In this document: positions 27,285-40,000 of the stretch, piece by piece
Layout: every line of letters starts with the position of its first letter
Numbering within the stretch: the stretch's first letter is position 1
Assembly (NCBI GenBank): GCA_009602735.1
Contig: WELA01000374.1
Span: 104,884-168,883 of the forward strand
Origin: Mesotaenium endlicherianum
Taxonomy: Eukaryota
DNA length: 64,000 nt
Direction of reading: 5' to 3'
Made by a program: the position numbers and the translations under genes
The notes under the pieces: model-generated
Told to the model about the DNA's origin: nothing
Databases searched by the model: none
What the model saw: the letters and a program-made list of their open reading frames with translations, nothing else

Positions 27285-28494
27285 TCACAATTGGCACCAT
27301 TTGGAAACCGGATGCCGGCTTAGCATTGTCGACTTGGCGACAACTTCGACAGTGCCACTAGCCCTTCCGTTGTTCTCAGTAAAAGTTATCGTTTGGTCAT
27401 TACGTTGAGTTCCAGCTTCGGCCAGCAGCCGCTTGAGAAGCTCATACGAGGCAAAGAAAACGGCACCTTGCGACACATAGATGACCAGGCGCGGCACCAA
27501 ACCCCTGCACATACACACATATGGAAAATAGATAATATGAATTATACATATACACATATATATTATATCTCAAAAGGATACACAAATATGTATAGTATAG
27601 TACGGCATACCACTACCTGTAGAGACCCGCAACGCCCTCTTGCCGGACGATGACGGCCATGGCGTCCCGCACGCCCTTGTATTGCACCACCCCCGGCAGC
27701 TGAAGGCCATCATGCTCGCGTCAATAGCAGTTAGTAACACGTCCTTTGCATCCCTTAACGTGTTGACGCACAACGGTCACAAGTTCCAAACCCGACGTCT
27801 TGTTGTTAGATTCAGGAAGTGACAAGCCACGCGTAATCAAAACATGTCATAATCTGCAGAATCAGTGTCAAGCACTCTTTCCATCAAAATCCAGCGGCCT
27901 CCCCCCACGTTCCACAAAACGCCTGCCAGGTGGCCTAACGAGAGGTCACGTAACGAGCCCGCTTCTCGCAGACTAGTCAACTGAGATGATACTCGTGAAA
28001 GACGTAGTGCTGCACAACTTGTGTATGTTAAGGAAAATAATGGAATGGCAGCACAACCCACGCACAAAAGCTGGACGTGAGCGGGGATCACAGAGGTGAT
28101 TTAATCGGCTTCGGCACTCTTACGCTGCAGCAAAGGGCGGGCTCTCACAGGATTCAAGAAGTCGAAGGAGGAGAAACGGAATATACACGCACATGCACGA
28201 TGAATACCCAATGCAGTGCGGCAGGCAAAGCATACAACGCACATGAGAGAGTCAGGACCGAGGTCGGTCTTACCTGAGTCTGCAGTCTCGTCTTCACGAC
28301 ATCGAGGGGCGTCGTCACAAACGCGGCAGTGGATCCGGCCAGCCCTCCAATGGCAAGCTGCCACGTCAGCAAGCGAGGCGTCAACGCAGACAGCCCAAAG
28401 CTGACAGCCTTTGAGGATGAGCTCCCTTGCTGAGGTGTCGGGTCCACCAGGATGGGACTATGCAAGAGAGACACACGCGTGCGCCCGCGCACGC

Positions 28495-28556
<62 letters not shown>

Positions 28557-31548
28557 ACACGCACACATACATGCAGAACACATAGAGAGGGAGTGAGGGG
28601 GAGAGAGGTGCACAGGCAGACACAGCGGTCTAAATGTCAGGTGGCAGTTGTTCTCGCCCTCACCTGTGTCAGGGGCGACAGGGGGCTGCCACCTGGCCTG
28701 CCCTTGAGGGCCCAGCCCTTGAGCGTCTCGTACGTATAAAACTGGACACATGGCACGCGGGAGAGACGTCCAGCTCAGCGTCATGCACCAGCACTACTGG
28801 AAGGCGTGACAGGTTGCGCACAGAGTACTCGTTTGCGGCTTGTTATCCTCTGATCGCTGTGAGGGGGAGGGGCGAGGAGGGGGGGAGAGCCGAGAAGAAG
28901 CAAAAGAGGAGAAGGTCCGGGAGTTGGGAGTGGGGGGGGTTTTGTTTGGTTTGTGATGGTTGTGGTTGACTGGAGAATTTGGACCGGGGGAAAATAATTA
29001 CACCAGACGCGAGGTGCTCGACGATCTCTAAGTAGAATCTGAATATAACTTTTGCGTTCCTATTCTCCTGGAGCCAGACCTCAACTGGGAACCCTGCGGC
29101 TGAAACCCTGCGGCTGAACCCCTGCGTCAGCCCCAAGCGTGGGGCGTGAGGGGCAGGCCCACGATCAAACCCTAGCATGTTACCACCAGTACACAAACCC
29201 TAGATCTTAAGCCCCAACCCCCACCCCGGTGCCTGAGCGCGAGCCCCAAGCCAAACAGAGGGCTGGACCCCCAAACCCTAAAACAAATCAAGGGACAGCG
29301 ACCCTTTGCCCCACAGCCCCCACCCCAGGACTTTAGAGTCTAGACCTCCAGAGCCCCAAACCCTAGGGTGCTGAAATCCCTGGAGGCCCCGGATCGCCAC
29401 AGCCCTAAAACCCTAACGTCCTAGACGTTTTGTGTGGGGGGTGCCCTTGCCTCGATGACACACTCCGGGGGATTGCGGCCCGCTAAACCCCCGGACCATA
29501 GTCCCCAAAAAGCCCTAAAGGAGACGTCATGCGCTTGCCTTGATGACGGGCTGGGGGGGCGGCAGAGCATTGCGACAGAGCACCTCATAGCAAGACCCTA
29601 ACCCTGACCCTAAACTCAAAACCCTAAATCCTAATCCCCCCAGGCGCTGAATCCAGCCCCCTAGGAGCCCCAGGGAGAGTGCTTGCTCGCCTTGATGACG
29701 GAGTGGGGGACGTTGCGGCAGAGCACGGCCGGGAGGCCAGCGTAGAGCCCCGCCAAGCCGCCCTCCGCCCGCGCCATGCCCACCAGCGCCGACCTGCGCA
29801 CGCACGTGCCACGTGGCGTCAGCCATGTCAGCCATGCCGCTCGCCAGGGGCCTTCACATGCCAGGTGTCACGGGTCGTACGCCAGGTGCCGGGTGTCGCG
29901 TGTTTGACTGCCAGGGGCTAGGCTTCGGGCTTCACGTGCCAGGGGGCCAGGTGTCCAGGGCCAGGTGACGAGAGCCAGGTGTGTCAGGCACCAGGTATCA
30001 CATGCCAGGTGCCAGGCGTCAAGCGCCAGGTGGCGGCCACCGTCTGAGAGCGAGATATGGATTTCAACGACTGCGTTGGGCGGCTGGTTGGCCACCGGCC
30101 GGCCAAAGGAGGCCTGGCGTGGTGACACGTGTCACGACAGTAGCGTACCAGCTGGAGGCGTAGGAGGAAGGCGAGATGGCGAGCTGCATGCGCTGCTTGA
30201 CGGCCTCGCTGGGCGTGTACACTGCTGACGTGGCGACGCTCGCGCACGCGCCTGCCACGCAGTGCCCCACGCCTGCCCAGCCCTAACACGCACACACATA
30301 CACACACACAATCACACATCGAGCGCGCATGTGCTGGCTCACACACACGCGCACACCCATATTCGCGCGCGCACCTTTGGGCTAGCAAAGTACGTACACT
30401 GTAAGCGAGAACGCCCAGACATCGCCCGCCCTTATTTAAAACTTTCAGGAACACTCTCGCGCTCGCACTCGGAAATGTGTCTTCACTCTAGCCCGCCTGC
30501 CATTGCTGGCAAGTTTGTATGCGTGCGGAGATGCGGGTGCACCCCGCCCGTGCGCGCGCCCGCGTGCATGTGCGCATGCGCGGGCGCGTGCCTGCATGCT
30601 TGCGAGCGTGCTTGTGAGAACGCGCGTGGCCCTTTGGCGTTTTGTGTGCTTTCTCGACCAACGGCGAAAGAGTCTCCAAGCTCTTAGTGATTCTCACAGA
30701 AAACTTCCCAGGTGTTTTGTACGCGCCCCAACGGAAGCTTCTAGAGCGTTGCAAAGGAGCCTCGGGTAAAAACTCCAAGGAAGCCCCCAGGAACCTTCCT
30801 GAAGGTTCCAAGAGCAGTTGAGTTTCAGAAACCCCACGCATGTTCCCACGGGAAATTCAAAAGAAAAAAAACCCCCCTAGGAAGAAGCTTTTGGAAGGAT
30901 CCCAAGGACCTCAGCATCTAGAACCCTACCCTCCACTCAGAAGCTTCCAGAGTGGACCTCCCAGGAAGCTTCTGGAAGGTTGCAAGAGACGCCCGAAGTC
31001 TGGACTTGAAACCCTGATTCGAAACCCAAAATCCTAAAGCGCCTAACTGTGCACGGAAATTTTTCAAAGGGGACTCCTCTGAGGCTTTTAAAGGAGAGTT
31101 TTGAGAGGATTCCTCCAAATAGAGTTTTCACAAAGGTTCCGGCAACACCCCAGCCCCTAACCCTTCCCTCAGACTTCTCTACTGTACCCTAAACCCTGAA
31201 TGAGGTGATTAAACGAGGCCTCTGTATCCGGAGCAGCAGAAGGCAGAAGCAGGTCCAGGAGCAGGAGCAGGGGCAGGAGCAGGAGCGGAAGCAGAAGCAG
31301 GAGTGGAAAGCTTCCGGAAGGTTCCGGGCGGAGGGAGCGCGGGCTCGTGGAAGTGCCGGCTGGCGGGAGGGCGGGTGGCGGCTCACAGGTGGCAGCTGGG
31401 GGAGGAGTGCCTCCTTGACGGCTTCATAGGTGGACGCGTAGATCGCGGAGATTGGGGCGGCCGTCGCCAGATTGCTCCCGATGCCTCCGTAAAACCCTCG
31501 CACGCCTGCATGCGTGCAGGCGCAGACACCCGTGCCCATGCTCAAGAG

Positions 31549-31625
<77 letters not shown>

Positions 31626-31626
31626 N

Positions 31627-31660
<34 letters not shown>

Positions 31661-33345
31661 AAAGACAGCACGTGGATGTCTCCGGTGCAACCCTCAAATG
31701 CGGAGATAGACACAGATGCGCAGGACCGCGCGCGCGCGCACGCGTGCACGCACGCACGCACGCACACGTCACTGCGTATGCGTGGATGTACCCTACCTCA
31801 GATGCCTTCATGCAGGCAAGGGCACACGCACTCGCACGCACAAGCGCACAAGCGCGCACGCATGTCGATTCACAAAAGAGAAAGCCTGCATTTGAGTGAA
31901 GGGTTTACGTTCAAAGAAAGAGAGGTAAAGGCGCCGCACACGAATGGCCGACCACCCAATGGCTCAAAATGATTTACGTGCACGCTGCAAACATATGCTA
32001 CGTACGCCATAGCATATCAGCGCCATACGACACATATGTGTATATACAGACAGATACAATATAATGCGACACGCAAATATATGCACACAGATGCACAGGC
32101 TCCAGCAAGGAGCAGCAATGGGCCTAAGGAGAGAGGGCGGCGGCCGGACCTTTCTCGGTCATGAGCGTTTTCACGACGTGCGCCAGCTGGCGGCCCCTGC
32201 CGCGGTCCACCTGGACAAGCGTCTTCACCGTGTCAATTGGGTGCAGGCAGATGCTGACAAAAGCGCCGGCCAAGCCGCCCGCAACCGCGTTGCTGCCAGC
32301 GCTCGTCCTCTTGCTGGCGCCGCCCCCAGGGCCCAGGGTTTTAGGATTGGCGGAGCTGGCAGAGCCGATGCCAGGTGGCGCGTGCCTGAAGCCCGGCCTT
32401 TGGTCAGGGACAGAGACTTCATCAACCCGAACCCCTGAAGCCTCTGGGTTTGAGGAATGCCCCCAACGTGGCTGGCTCTCACTCGCTGCCTGGCTGCCCA
32501 AGAAGGCACGTGCCTTGGGGTGAGTGTTCAAGTGCAAATTAGGGTTATGTGTGGAATTCGGGTTGCAATTAGGTTTAGGGCAAGGTCTACTACTGGGCCC
32601 AAGACTGTACCCTGGGTTTAGGGCAGATTTTGAGACCGAGAGCATTTTAGGGTTTATGCCAGGGAGTGCCAGTGGGTGGGGCTGATTGGAGGCTGGGGCA
32701 GAGACTAGGGTCAGGGTTTTAGTAGCTGCAGCAGGAACGGGCTGGGCTGCTGTCGTGTGGCTGGCGCGTGTTAGACCCTCAGGGTGCAGGTGGCAGGGGC
32801 TTAGGTCCCCTGCAGCCCCCAGGATTCGATTCAGCTCCATGCACAGTTGACTCTGCCAACCTGGCAGGTCAAAGGCTCTGCGGCTCTGAAGCTGCGAGTC
32901 TATGACACCTGTACTCAAGCCAGGCTTCGCTTTTACGACATTCGTACTTGAGCCAGACTTCGTTTCAATAACCCTCGTATTCGTATTGGAGAGAGCCTCA
33001 AGCTCTGAAGCTGGCAGCGCCGCAGATTTGAATCTATGACTAAATCGCCGCCCGGCTTGCCTTTGGGCTGGACCTGAGAAGAGGCTCATCTGAGGGAGAG
33101 ACTCCAGGTCCAAAAAGTTGCCGGACTGGGCTGATTCATTTCCGGGAAGGCAGTTTGGAATGTGTTCGCACGTGCGGGCTCCGGTGCTTGTACTCGATGA
33201 GCTGGCTCTACCATTAATTTCCTCAATCTCAGGGTTGTCAATAAGGCTCCTCCGTCCTAGAAAGTCAAGCAGAGCGTTCTGGAATTCCATCACTTCGCTC
33301 TTCAGCTGCCGAGCCTTGCATTGCTCTGACTGGCAGCCTGAGTTC
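27285..33345 (-). CDS. Mitochondrial carrier family (SLC25) protein, SAM-carrier-like clade with long N-terminal extension. Exons 33345-32150, 31505-31387, 30282-30149, 29793-29691, 28741-28664, 28357-28274, 27699-27617, 27504-27285; possible first exon 34502-34171
   Basis: Three carrier repeats: AGGLAGAFVSICLHPIDTVKTLVQ, AGACASVATSAVYTPSEAVKQRMQ and GGLAGSTAAFVTTPLDVVKTRLQTQ. Also GVRGFYGG, GLAGLYAG, GVAGLYRGLVPRL...FFASYELLKR. Exons are phase-compatible; one intron has a GC donor. Start codon uncertain. Confidence 0.88.
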
Positions 33346-33567
33346 CTGCGGCGACAGGCGCCACCTGGCAGCTGCTACTGCCCCGGATCATACTGTAGCA
33401 CGTTTCTGTGGCGTACATTCTGCCAAGACGTGACCCATCACTCCTGCTACATTGTTATCAAGATCACAGTGGAAAGAATTTTTGTGAACCTCGTCGAGGA
33501 CAAATGTCGACGGCTGAGTAACATTTAGAAGGGATCCCTGCAGCCTTACTTGCATGCCATCTTTTTA

Positions 33568-34172
33568 TCGTACCTTATGCTGTCCCTCATTGACTACCCC
33601 ACCAATTTTTTTTTGAAGGTCCTTCTTTGCGTACTCCAAAGTCCATACTGTTTTCCAATTGCATAGCCCATGCTGCACCATGCAGTCCAATTCGGCGTAT
33701 CCCACGCTCACTTTTACGTACCCGGCCTGCACCCCTTTTGCGTACCTCATGCTCTTTTTTTGCGTATGCTCCAGCTGGCGTGTCCCTTTATGCGCGTACC
33801 TCATGCTCTTTTTTTGCGTATACTCCAGCTGGCGTGTCCCTTTATGCGTACCCCGTACTATACCTTTTTGCGTACCCCTTCACTCATGATGGTGCTCCTC
33901 TATATGCGTACACCGTACCTCATTCTGTCCTTGGCGCGTGCCTTTAGCTGCCGTTTGGCGTACCGTACCCCGTTTTCGTACCCATTTTCTACGTCTCCCG
34001 TGCAGGTTCTATCTCGTACCTACCCCATGCATGCCCCTCTTTTTTCTTGCACTCCCGCTCCTCTCCCTGCGTACCTGATGCTGTCCCCTCGATTCTTGCG
34101 TACCCCATGCCTACACATGCCTCCCCTTTTTTTTGTTTACCCCTGCTCCTCTTTCTCCGTGAGTCCGTACCC
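33568..34172. repeat. CGTAC-rich degenerate repeat region including a 2-copy ~54-bp tandem repeat (about 33740-33852)
   Basis: About 17 same-orientation CGTAC motifs counted by eye; tandem unit cgtacctcatgctctttttttgcgtaYRctccagctggcgtgtccctttatgcg. Confidence 0.7.
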
Positions 34173-35033
34173 ATGCTCCACCTGGCTGCACCACGCTGTG
34201 CAGAAACTGGTTGCCAGCTCAAGCCAGCTGGTCGCAGGAGGAGGAGATACCAGCTCTGACCAGCTCAGCCAAGCACAGCCCGACCAGACCAGACTGGACG
34301 GGGCGAAGTGGGGCAAAGTGGGGAAAGCCCAACCGACCGAGCACAACGGTTCCCCAACGATCAGCTCGGTTTGCGGGTACAGGAGTACCGTGCAGCGGTT
34401 GTGTTGAACACTATATTCGTACTGTCTGTGCAATTTCGACTGGCTACGATAGATAGTCAGCGTCGTCCAGTCCGTGTGATCGAAGGCCGTCCATAGGTTC
34501 ATAGCAGCCACCGGCAAACGCCTTCTACGTGATGCGTCGTGGTCTGCTTGCACGCGGCTCGCACGTCAAAGCACGTCAAAGCGTTCTGGAGGCTCGAGCA
34601 CAGCTCGGACTGGCTCGGACACCTCCAGAAAAGGCCCCTGCACGCTTGTTGTCTCTTTTTTTCCCGTTGAAACTTCTGGTCACGCCTCTGCTCTCACGTA
34701 CCCCTTGCCTAGTTGCCCCTCGCACTCTACCCTGCCAAATTATGCATCCCTACCAGCTAGAGCGCTACGGCCCTCAACCACTTGCATAGCTCACGCTCGT
34801 GGAAATATTCGTTAGGAAGTGTCGTCAATTCGACTGTGAGGAAGAAAGCTAGGAGAGCACGATTCACTACCCTTTAGTGGGGTCTCACTCCCCGGTAGGT
34901 TGCTTAATTGTAAGCCGCTCCGATGACTGCTCCATTGAAAAAACGGAGGCTACTGGGCGTCCCTGGGTGTCACTAGTTCGTGAAAAAAGCTTAGTCAAGG
35001 AAGTTTTAGTTGGTACCGCAAAGCAAAGAAGAA

Positions 35034-36994
35034 ATGGGACTAGTGGACTGCCTGCAGAACTGCGTGATTAATGGCGTACTCTTGGAGAACTGTGCTGCCA
35101 CCTGTTACAGAGACGACGGGTGGCATTCTCCCATCAGCACGATACGGAAAGCGTCCTATCCCTGCATAGCTGCAGTCCTGGTGATACTGTCCATGCTCGT
35201 CTCGTGTATGATGTCCAGCACGCTTGGGCTCGACATGGCTACTTTACAGGTGTGATTCTTCCCTTCCTCTCCCAAAGGTTCATCCTTTACCAAAGGTTCA
35301 TCTTTTACCTTAATACAAGCACCATTAAGATATAAATAAGCCTCCAATGGCAGCGAAGCAGCCGAAATCCTCCTAGAGTTGGAAAATGAGAAAAGTAAGC
35401 GGGGTACGAACTAAAACCAATACGAGGGGAGGCAGGGGGGCGATGCCACAGACGAGTTCCTCCCCTTACTTTTGTATCCCCGTACTGCGACGACCTGGGG
35501 AAGTTTCCCCCTCTCCTACGCTCCTGGGCATGGGTAGGGCTCGGGTCTAAAATGGCTGCTGAAATTTCCGACACAGAGCTCCCCACCTCTGCATGGTGCT
35601 AAGAGAAGAGGAGAAGAGGCAGATGGGACGTAGAACTAACTCTCGGGTATAGGGGCAAAGGGGCAGAGTGAACGTGAGGGTGCATGATCATAACTGGGAA
35701 GGGAGGGAGGACTGTCGAAGGGTGTTGGCAGGGACCAACGTCCAGACAGGTCAAGGTCCACTGAGGTCAAGGTCCAGAGAGGTCAAGGTCCACGCAGGTC
35801 AAGGTCGAGGTTCATACAGGTCAGGGGACTGGGAGCTGAGGGGAATCAAAAGAAAGGGAAGGGGAATCCCTGCAGGTGGCAGCCAGTGGGGACTTCAGAA
35901 ATTCCAAGCCGCCACCTGTCTGCCCTCCCTTAGCCCCCTCCTGCCCTGTCGAAGCTGCTGTTGCGCTGAAGTCTGTTAAAGTTTGCGGGAGAGGCAGCGC
36001 TGAGGAAGGGCAAGAAGTGCAGAGCAAGCGAGGGGGAGAAGATAGATTGCTCATCTTCTTTGAACTGAAAGGGAAGCACATTCTGGCTGGTGAGGGGTGG
36101 GGCAGTCCCTGGACTCAGGTTGACTCGGGTTGACAGGGAGGGCAGTCAACTCTGTCAAAGGCATGGGTGCAGTGCTCTTCCCACCTGCATCAACAGCCAC
36201 TGCCTGCCCGGGTGATTAAAATTCATAGAGGGAAGGTCAATTCAAAAATTTGGTGGCGAGATGAATATTATGAGCTTGTGGCAGCTGGGTCGGGTGCGCA
36301 TGTGAGTGGGGCACTCTAGCAGTCTCGAGTTGACTCAGCGTTGACTTGGTTGACTGCTCACGCATAAGAGTAGTTGACCCAGTTGACCCAGTTGACCCAG
36401 TCACTGACCTGGGACATATGCCTCCCTAGACCACAAGTAGCTAGCAGACCTCACAGTCTGGGATGCCGGCATAGAGGTTCTTATTTTGAGGAACATCTGA
36501 TAAGCATTTAATAAAAATTTAATAAAAATTAAGAAATCATCTAAGAGGCCTTTGAGAAGCAATGAGCACACGCGAGCGAAAGGCGGGGAGGGGGGTCAAA
36601 GGGAGACAGAAAAGAGTGAGAAGTGGGAGAGGCTTGAGAGGTGCCGGCACCTGTCTCTCCGTCCCTGTCCGACGGGAGCAGTCGACAGCTCACACTTGGC
36701 GGTGTGGGTGTGTTTGCTCCCCCAAAGTCCATGCTTGCATGCGTGCATGCCAGGTGTCGGCCCCCCCAGCGCCTCTGTAGCCGGATCCACCCCCCTCCCC
36801 TCCCCCCCCAAGCGATGTCTTCTCTATCTCTTTGTATATTCTCTTTCTCTCAATGTACGTTCCTTCCTCCATGTGTACATGCGCTCATACCTGTACGCAA
36901 CTTTTGACTTTGCTGGGACCATGTGTGCATGCGCCGGGCTGCTGATGTGGCGCGCAGGCAGCTGCAGATGGCACCAATCCGAAGATCCGCAAAC

Positions 36995-37033
<39 letters not shown>

Positions 37034-40000
37034 TGTGTGTCATGTGGCTGGCACTCTCCCCCTTCAGCGCGTAAAACAAAAAATTGCGATGTGGTCTGAG
37101 AGAGCATAATCCGCTCTGAACATCGCACGCCCTTGTTTGGAGCTGCATCTGTGCGACTGTGAGAATGCCGGAACAGGTCATGTTCACGCTTCCAATCAAG
37201 TGCAGGATGCGTGCAGAGGTGTGCACGAGCGTATAAGGTCGTGCTCCTCTGCACGCACACGCACGCGCGTGTGCCGTGTGTGTGCGTATGTGTGTGTGCA
37301 TGTGCCTGTGTCTGTGCGTGCATGAGTGCGTGCGTGCGTGCGTGTGTGCGTGCGTGCCGACGTGTGTGCGTGTGCGTGTGCGTGCGTGCGTGCACACGTA
37401 TGTTTCCATGCCGATCCTTGCAGGCAGGAGTGAGCATGTGTGCATGAATGCATGCGCGTGTGTGCACACATAGGGAGATACACAATCAAACACATAAACG
37501 CACATACACACACACTGTGCAGTAGTCATGCTTGTGCACGCACTTTCTCAGACATGCACTGAGGCAAGAGAACAAGCCCCCGCCTGCTGCTCCTGCAGCG
37601 ATTCGCCCTCTGCCCCTCTCCTACTCTTGCCACTTGTCGCTCTGCAGGCAACCAGGTTGCCTCAGCCCTCCACCTGGCATGCGCACGCACCCCCCTGCCC
37701 CCCTCCCTGCCCCCCTCTCCTTCTCCCTCTCCCTTAAAATTGTCAAACCAGAACAGAAGAGGAAAGGGCAGAAGCAGAACGGAACAGAAGAGTATAAAGC
37801 AGAAGAGAGAAAAGGAAGAGCGCACACGATGCGAACAATGGCCGACCAGAAAGGAACTTTCTTGAATGCCCGATTGAGATCGCTCGCAGCCCTCCACAGG
37901 GAGAAAGCATACCCAGGTTTGCTGACCCATCGGAAGCGTTTCTTTCCTTGCTGCGACTTCCGCCCGCTGCTGACACTGGCTGCTGCTGCTGCTGCCGCTG
38001 CTGCTGCTTCGGCTGGCGCTCCTGCAGGCGAAGCGGGTGATGCTGCTGCGCACGCGCGGCAGCCTGCTGCTGTGCACGCTGCTGGGCGCCAGCGCGGGGC
38101 TCAACGTGGCCATCACGCTGCTGCTCACCGGTGGGTGCCTCAGCCGCTCTTTGTGGGCCCCCCTCTCCCTCTCCCTCCTCTCCCCTCTCTCCCCACTCTC
38201 CCGCCCCCCCACTCTCCCTCCCCTCTCTCCCCCTCTCTCCGACCCCCCTCTCCTTCCCTTTCCCCCCCTTCTCTCTCGTTNNNNNNNNNNNNNNNNNNNN
38301 NNNNNNNNNNNNNNNNNNNNNNNNNNNNNNNNNNNNNNNNNNNNNNNNNNNNNNNNNNNNNNNNNNNNNNNNNNNNNNNNNNNNNNNNNNNNNNNNNNNN
38401 NNNNNNNNNNNNNNNNNNNNNNNNNNNNNNNNNNNNNNNNNNNNNNNNNNNNNNNNNNNNNNNNNNNNNNNNNNNNNNNNNNNNNNNNNNNNNNNNNNNN
38501 NNNNNNNNNNNNNNNNNNNNNNNNNNNNNNNNNNNNNNNNNNNNNNNNNNNNNNNNNNNNNNNNNNNNNNNNNNNNNNNNNNNNNNNNNNNNNNNNNNNN
38601 NNNNNNNNNNNNNNNNNNNNNNNNNNNNNNNNNNNNNNNNNNNNNNNNNNNNNNNNNNNNNNNNNNNNNNNNNNNNNNNNNNNNNNNNNNNNNNNNNNNN
38701 NNNNNNNNNNNNNNNNNNNNNNNNNNNNNNNNNNNNNNNNNNNNNNNNNNNNNNNNNNNNNNNNNNNNNNNNNNNNNNNNNNNNNNNNNNNNNNNNNNNN
38801 NNNNNNNNNNNNNNNNNNNNNNNNNNNNNNNNNNNNNNNNNNNNNNNNNNNNNNNNNNNNNNNNNNNNNNNNNNNNNNNNNNNNNNNNNNNNNNNNNNNN
38901 NNNNNNNNNNNNNNNNNNNNNNNNNNNNNNNNNNNNNNNNNNNNNNNNNNNNNNNNNNNNNNNNNNNNNNNNNNNNNNNNNNNNNNNNNNNNNNNNNNNN
39001 NNNNNNNNNNNNNNNCCCTCCCTCCCCACCCTGCCCCCCCCTGGCCCCCTCGTTCCCTCTTTTGCCCCAGTGGCTTGATGGCTGGCACTCCCATTCTGTT
39101 TCCCCCTGCTTCTCTCCCTCTCTCCCTTGCTCCTTCTCTCCCTCTCTCCCTCTCTCCCTCTCCCTCTCCTTCTCATGTTTTCCCTCCATCTCTCCCCCCC
39201 CCTCTCTCTCTCCCTCTCCCCCGCTGCCCGCCTTACTGTCCTACTCCTCCTTTACCATTACCGCCCTCTCCCTCCCTCCCACCCTCCCCCTCTCTCTCTG
39301 CCGCTTGTTCACTCGCTTTCTCTTTTGCCGCCTCATCTGAAGCGGCGTGAAAAATCCTGCTCGCATCCGAGTGCTGGCAACAGGCACCTTGTGTCGGTGG
39401 TGGCATCATGCATGTGCTCTGCACGCATGTAGAGCTGCCAGCTGGCACGCTGGCACGGTGGTGGCGTGTTGCATGCACACGCGCTCTGCACACACATGCA
39501 GAGCTGTCTGCATCGCCGCCATCCCCGCAGTGCTCTCTCTCTTCTATGACACGCACGTCGGTAATGGCGTCGCATGCATGTTGTGCTGCCTGATCGTGTG
39601 TGAGCTGCGGATGTTTGCACGAGGAAAGCGCACATGCACGCACACTCACGTGCGCGCGCGCACACATGCACGCACACGCACACACCCACGTACACACACA
39701 CGCGCGCAGACACACAAGCATGCACGCACGCACGCGCGCACGCACACTCGCACACATGGGCGCATGCGTGCACTCGCACATGTCCTCCTGCTGTTTGAGG
39801 TGCAGCGTCGAGGGTTCTATTTGATGGCTGCTAAGCTAAAGCTCTTGCTGGGGCTTGCCAGGCACTTACTGGGGCCTGCTTGATGTGCCTGCCACTTGAT
39901 GTATCTGGGAGTGCATGCAGGTGCTCAAGGACTAAAAGACATCTGTGCGCTCATGTGAAGTGTGCATGCACACAAACTGAGGCACGTACATTCTGGTTCA

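Noticed and set aside
29160..29640. Clusters of AAACCCT/TTAGGG telomere-like motifs (also 15100-15180)
   Set aside because: Scattered, degenerate intronic motifs, not an interstitial telomere array.
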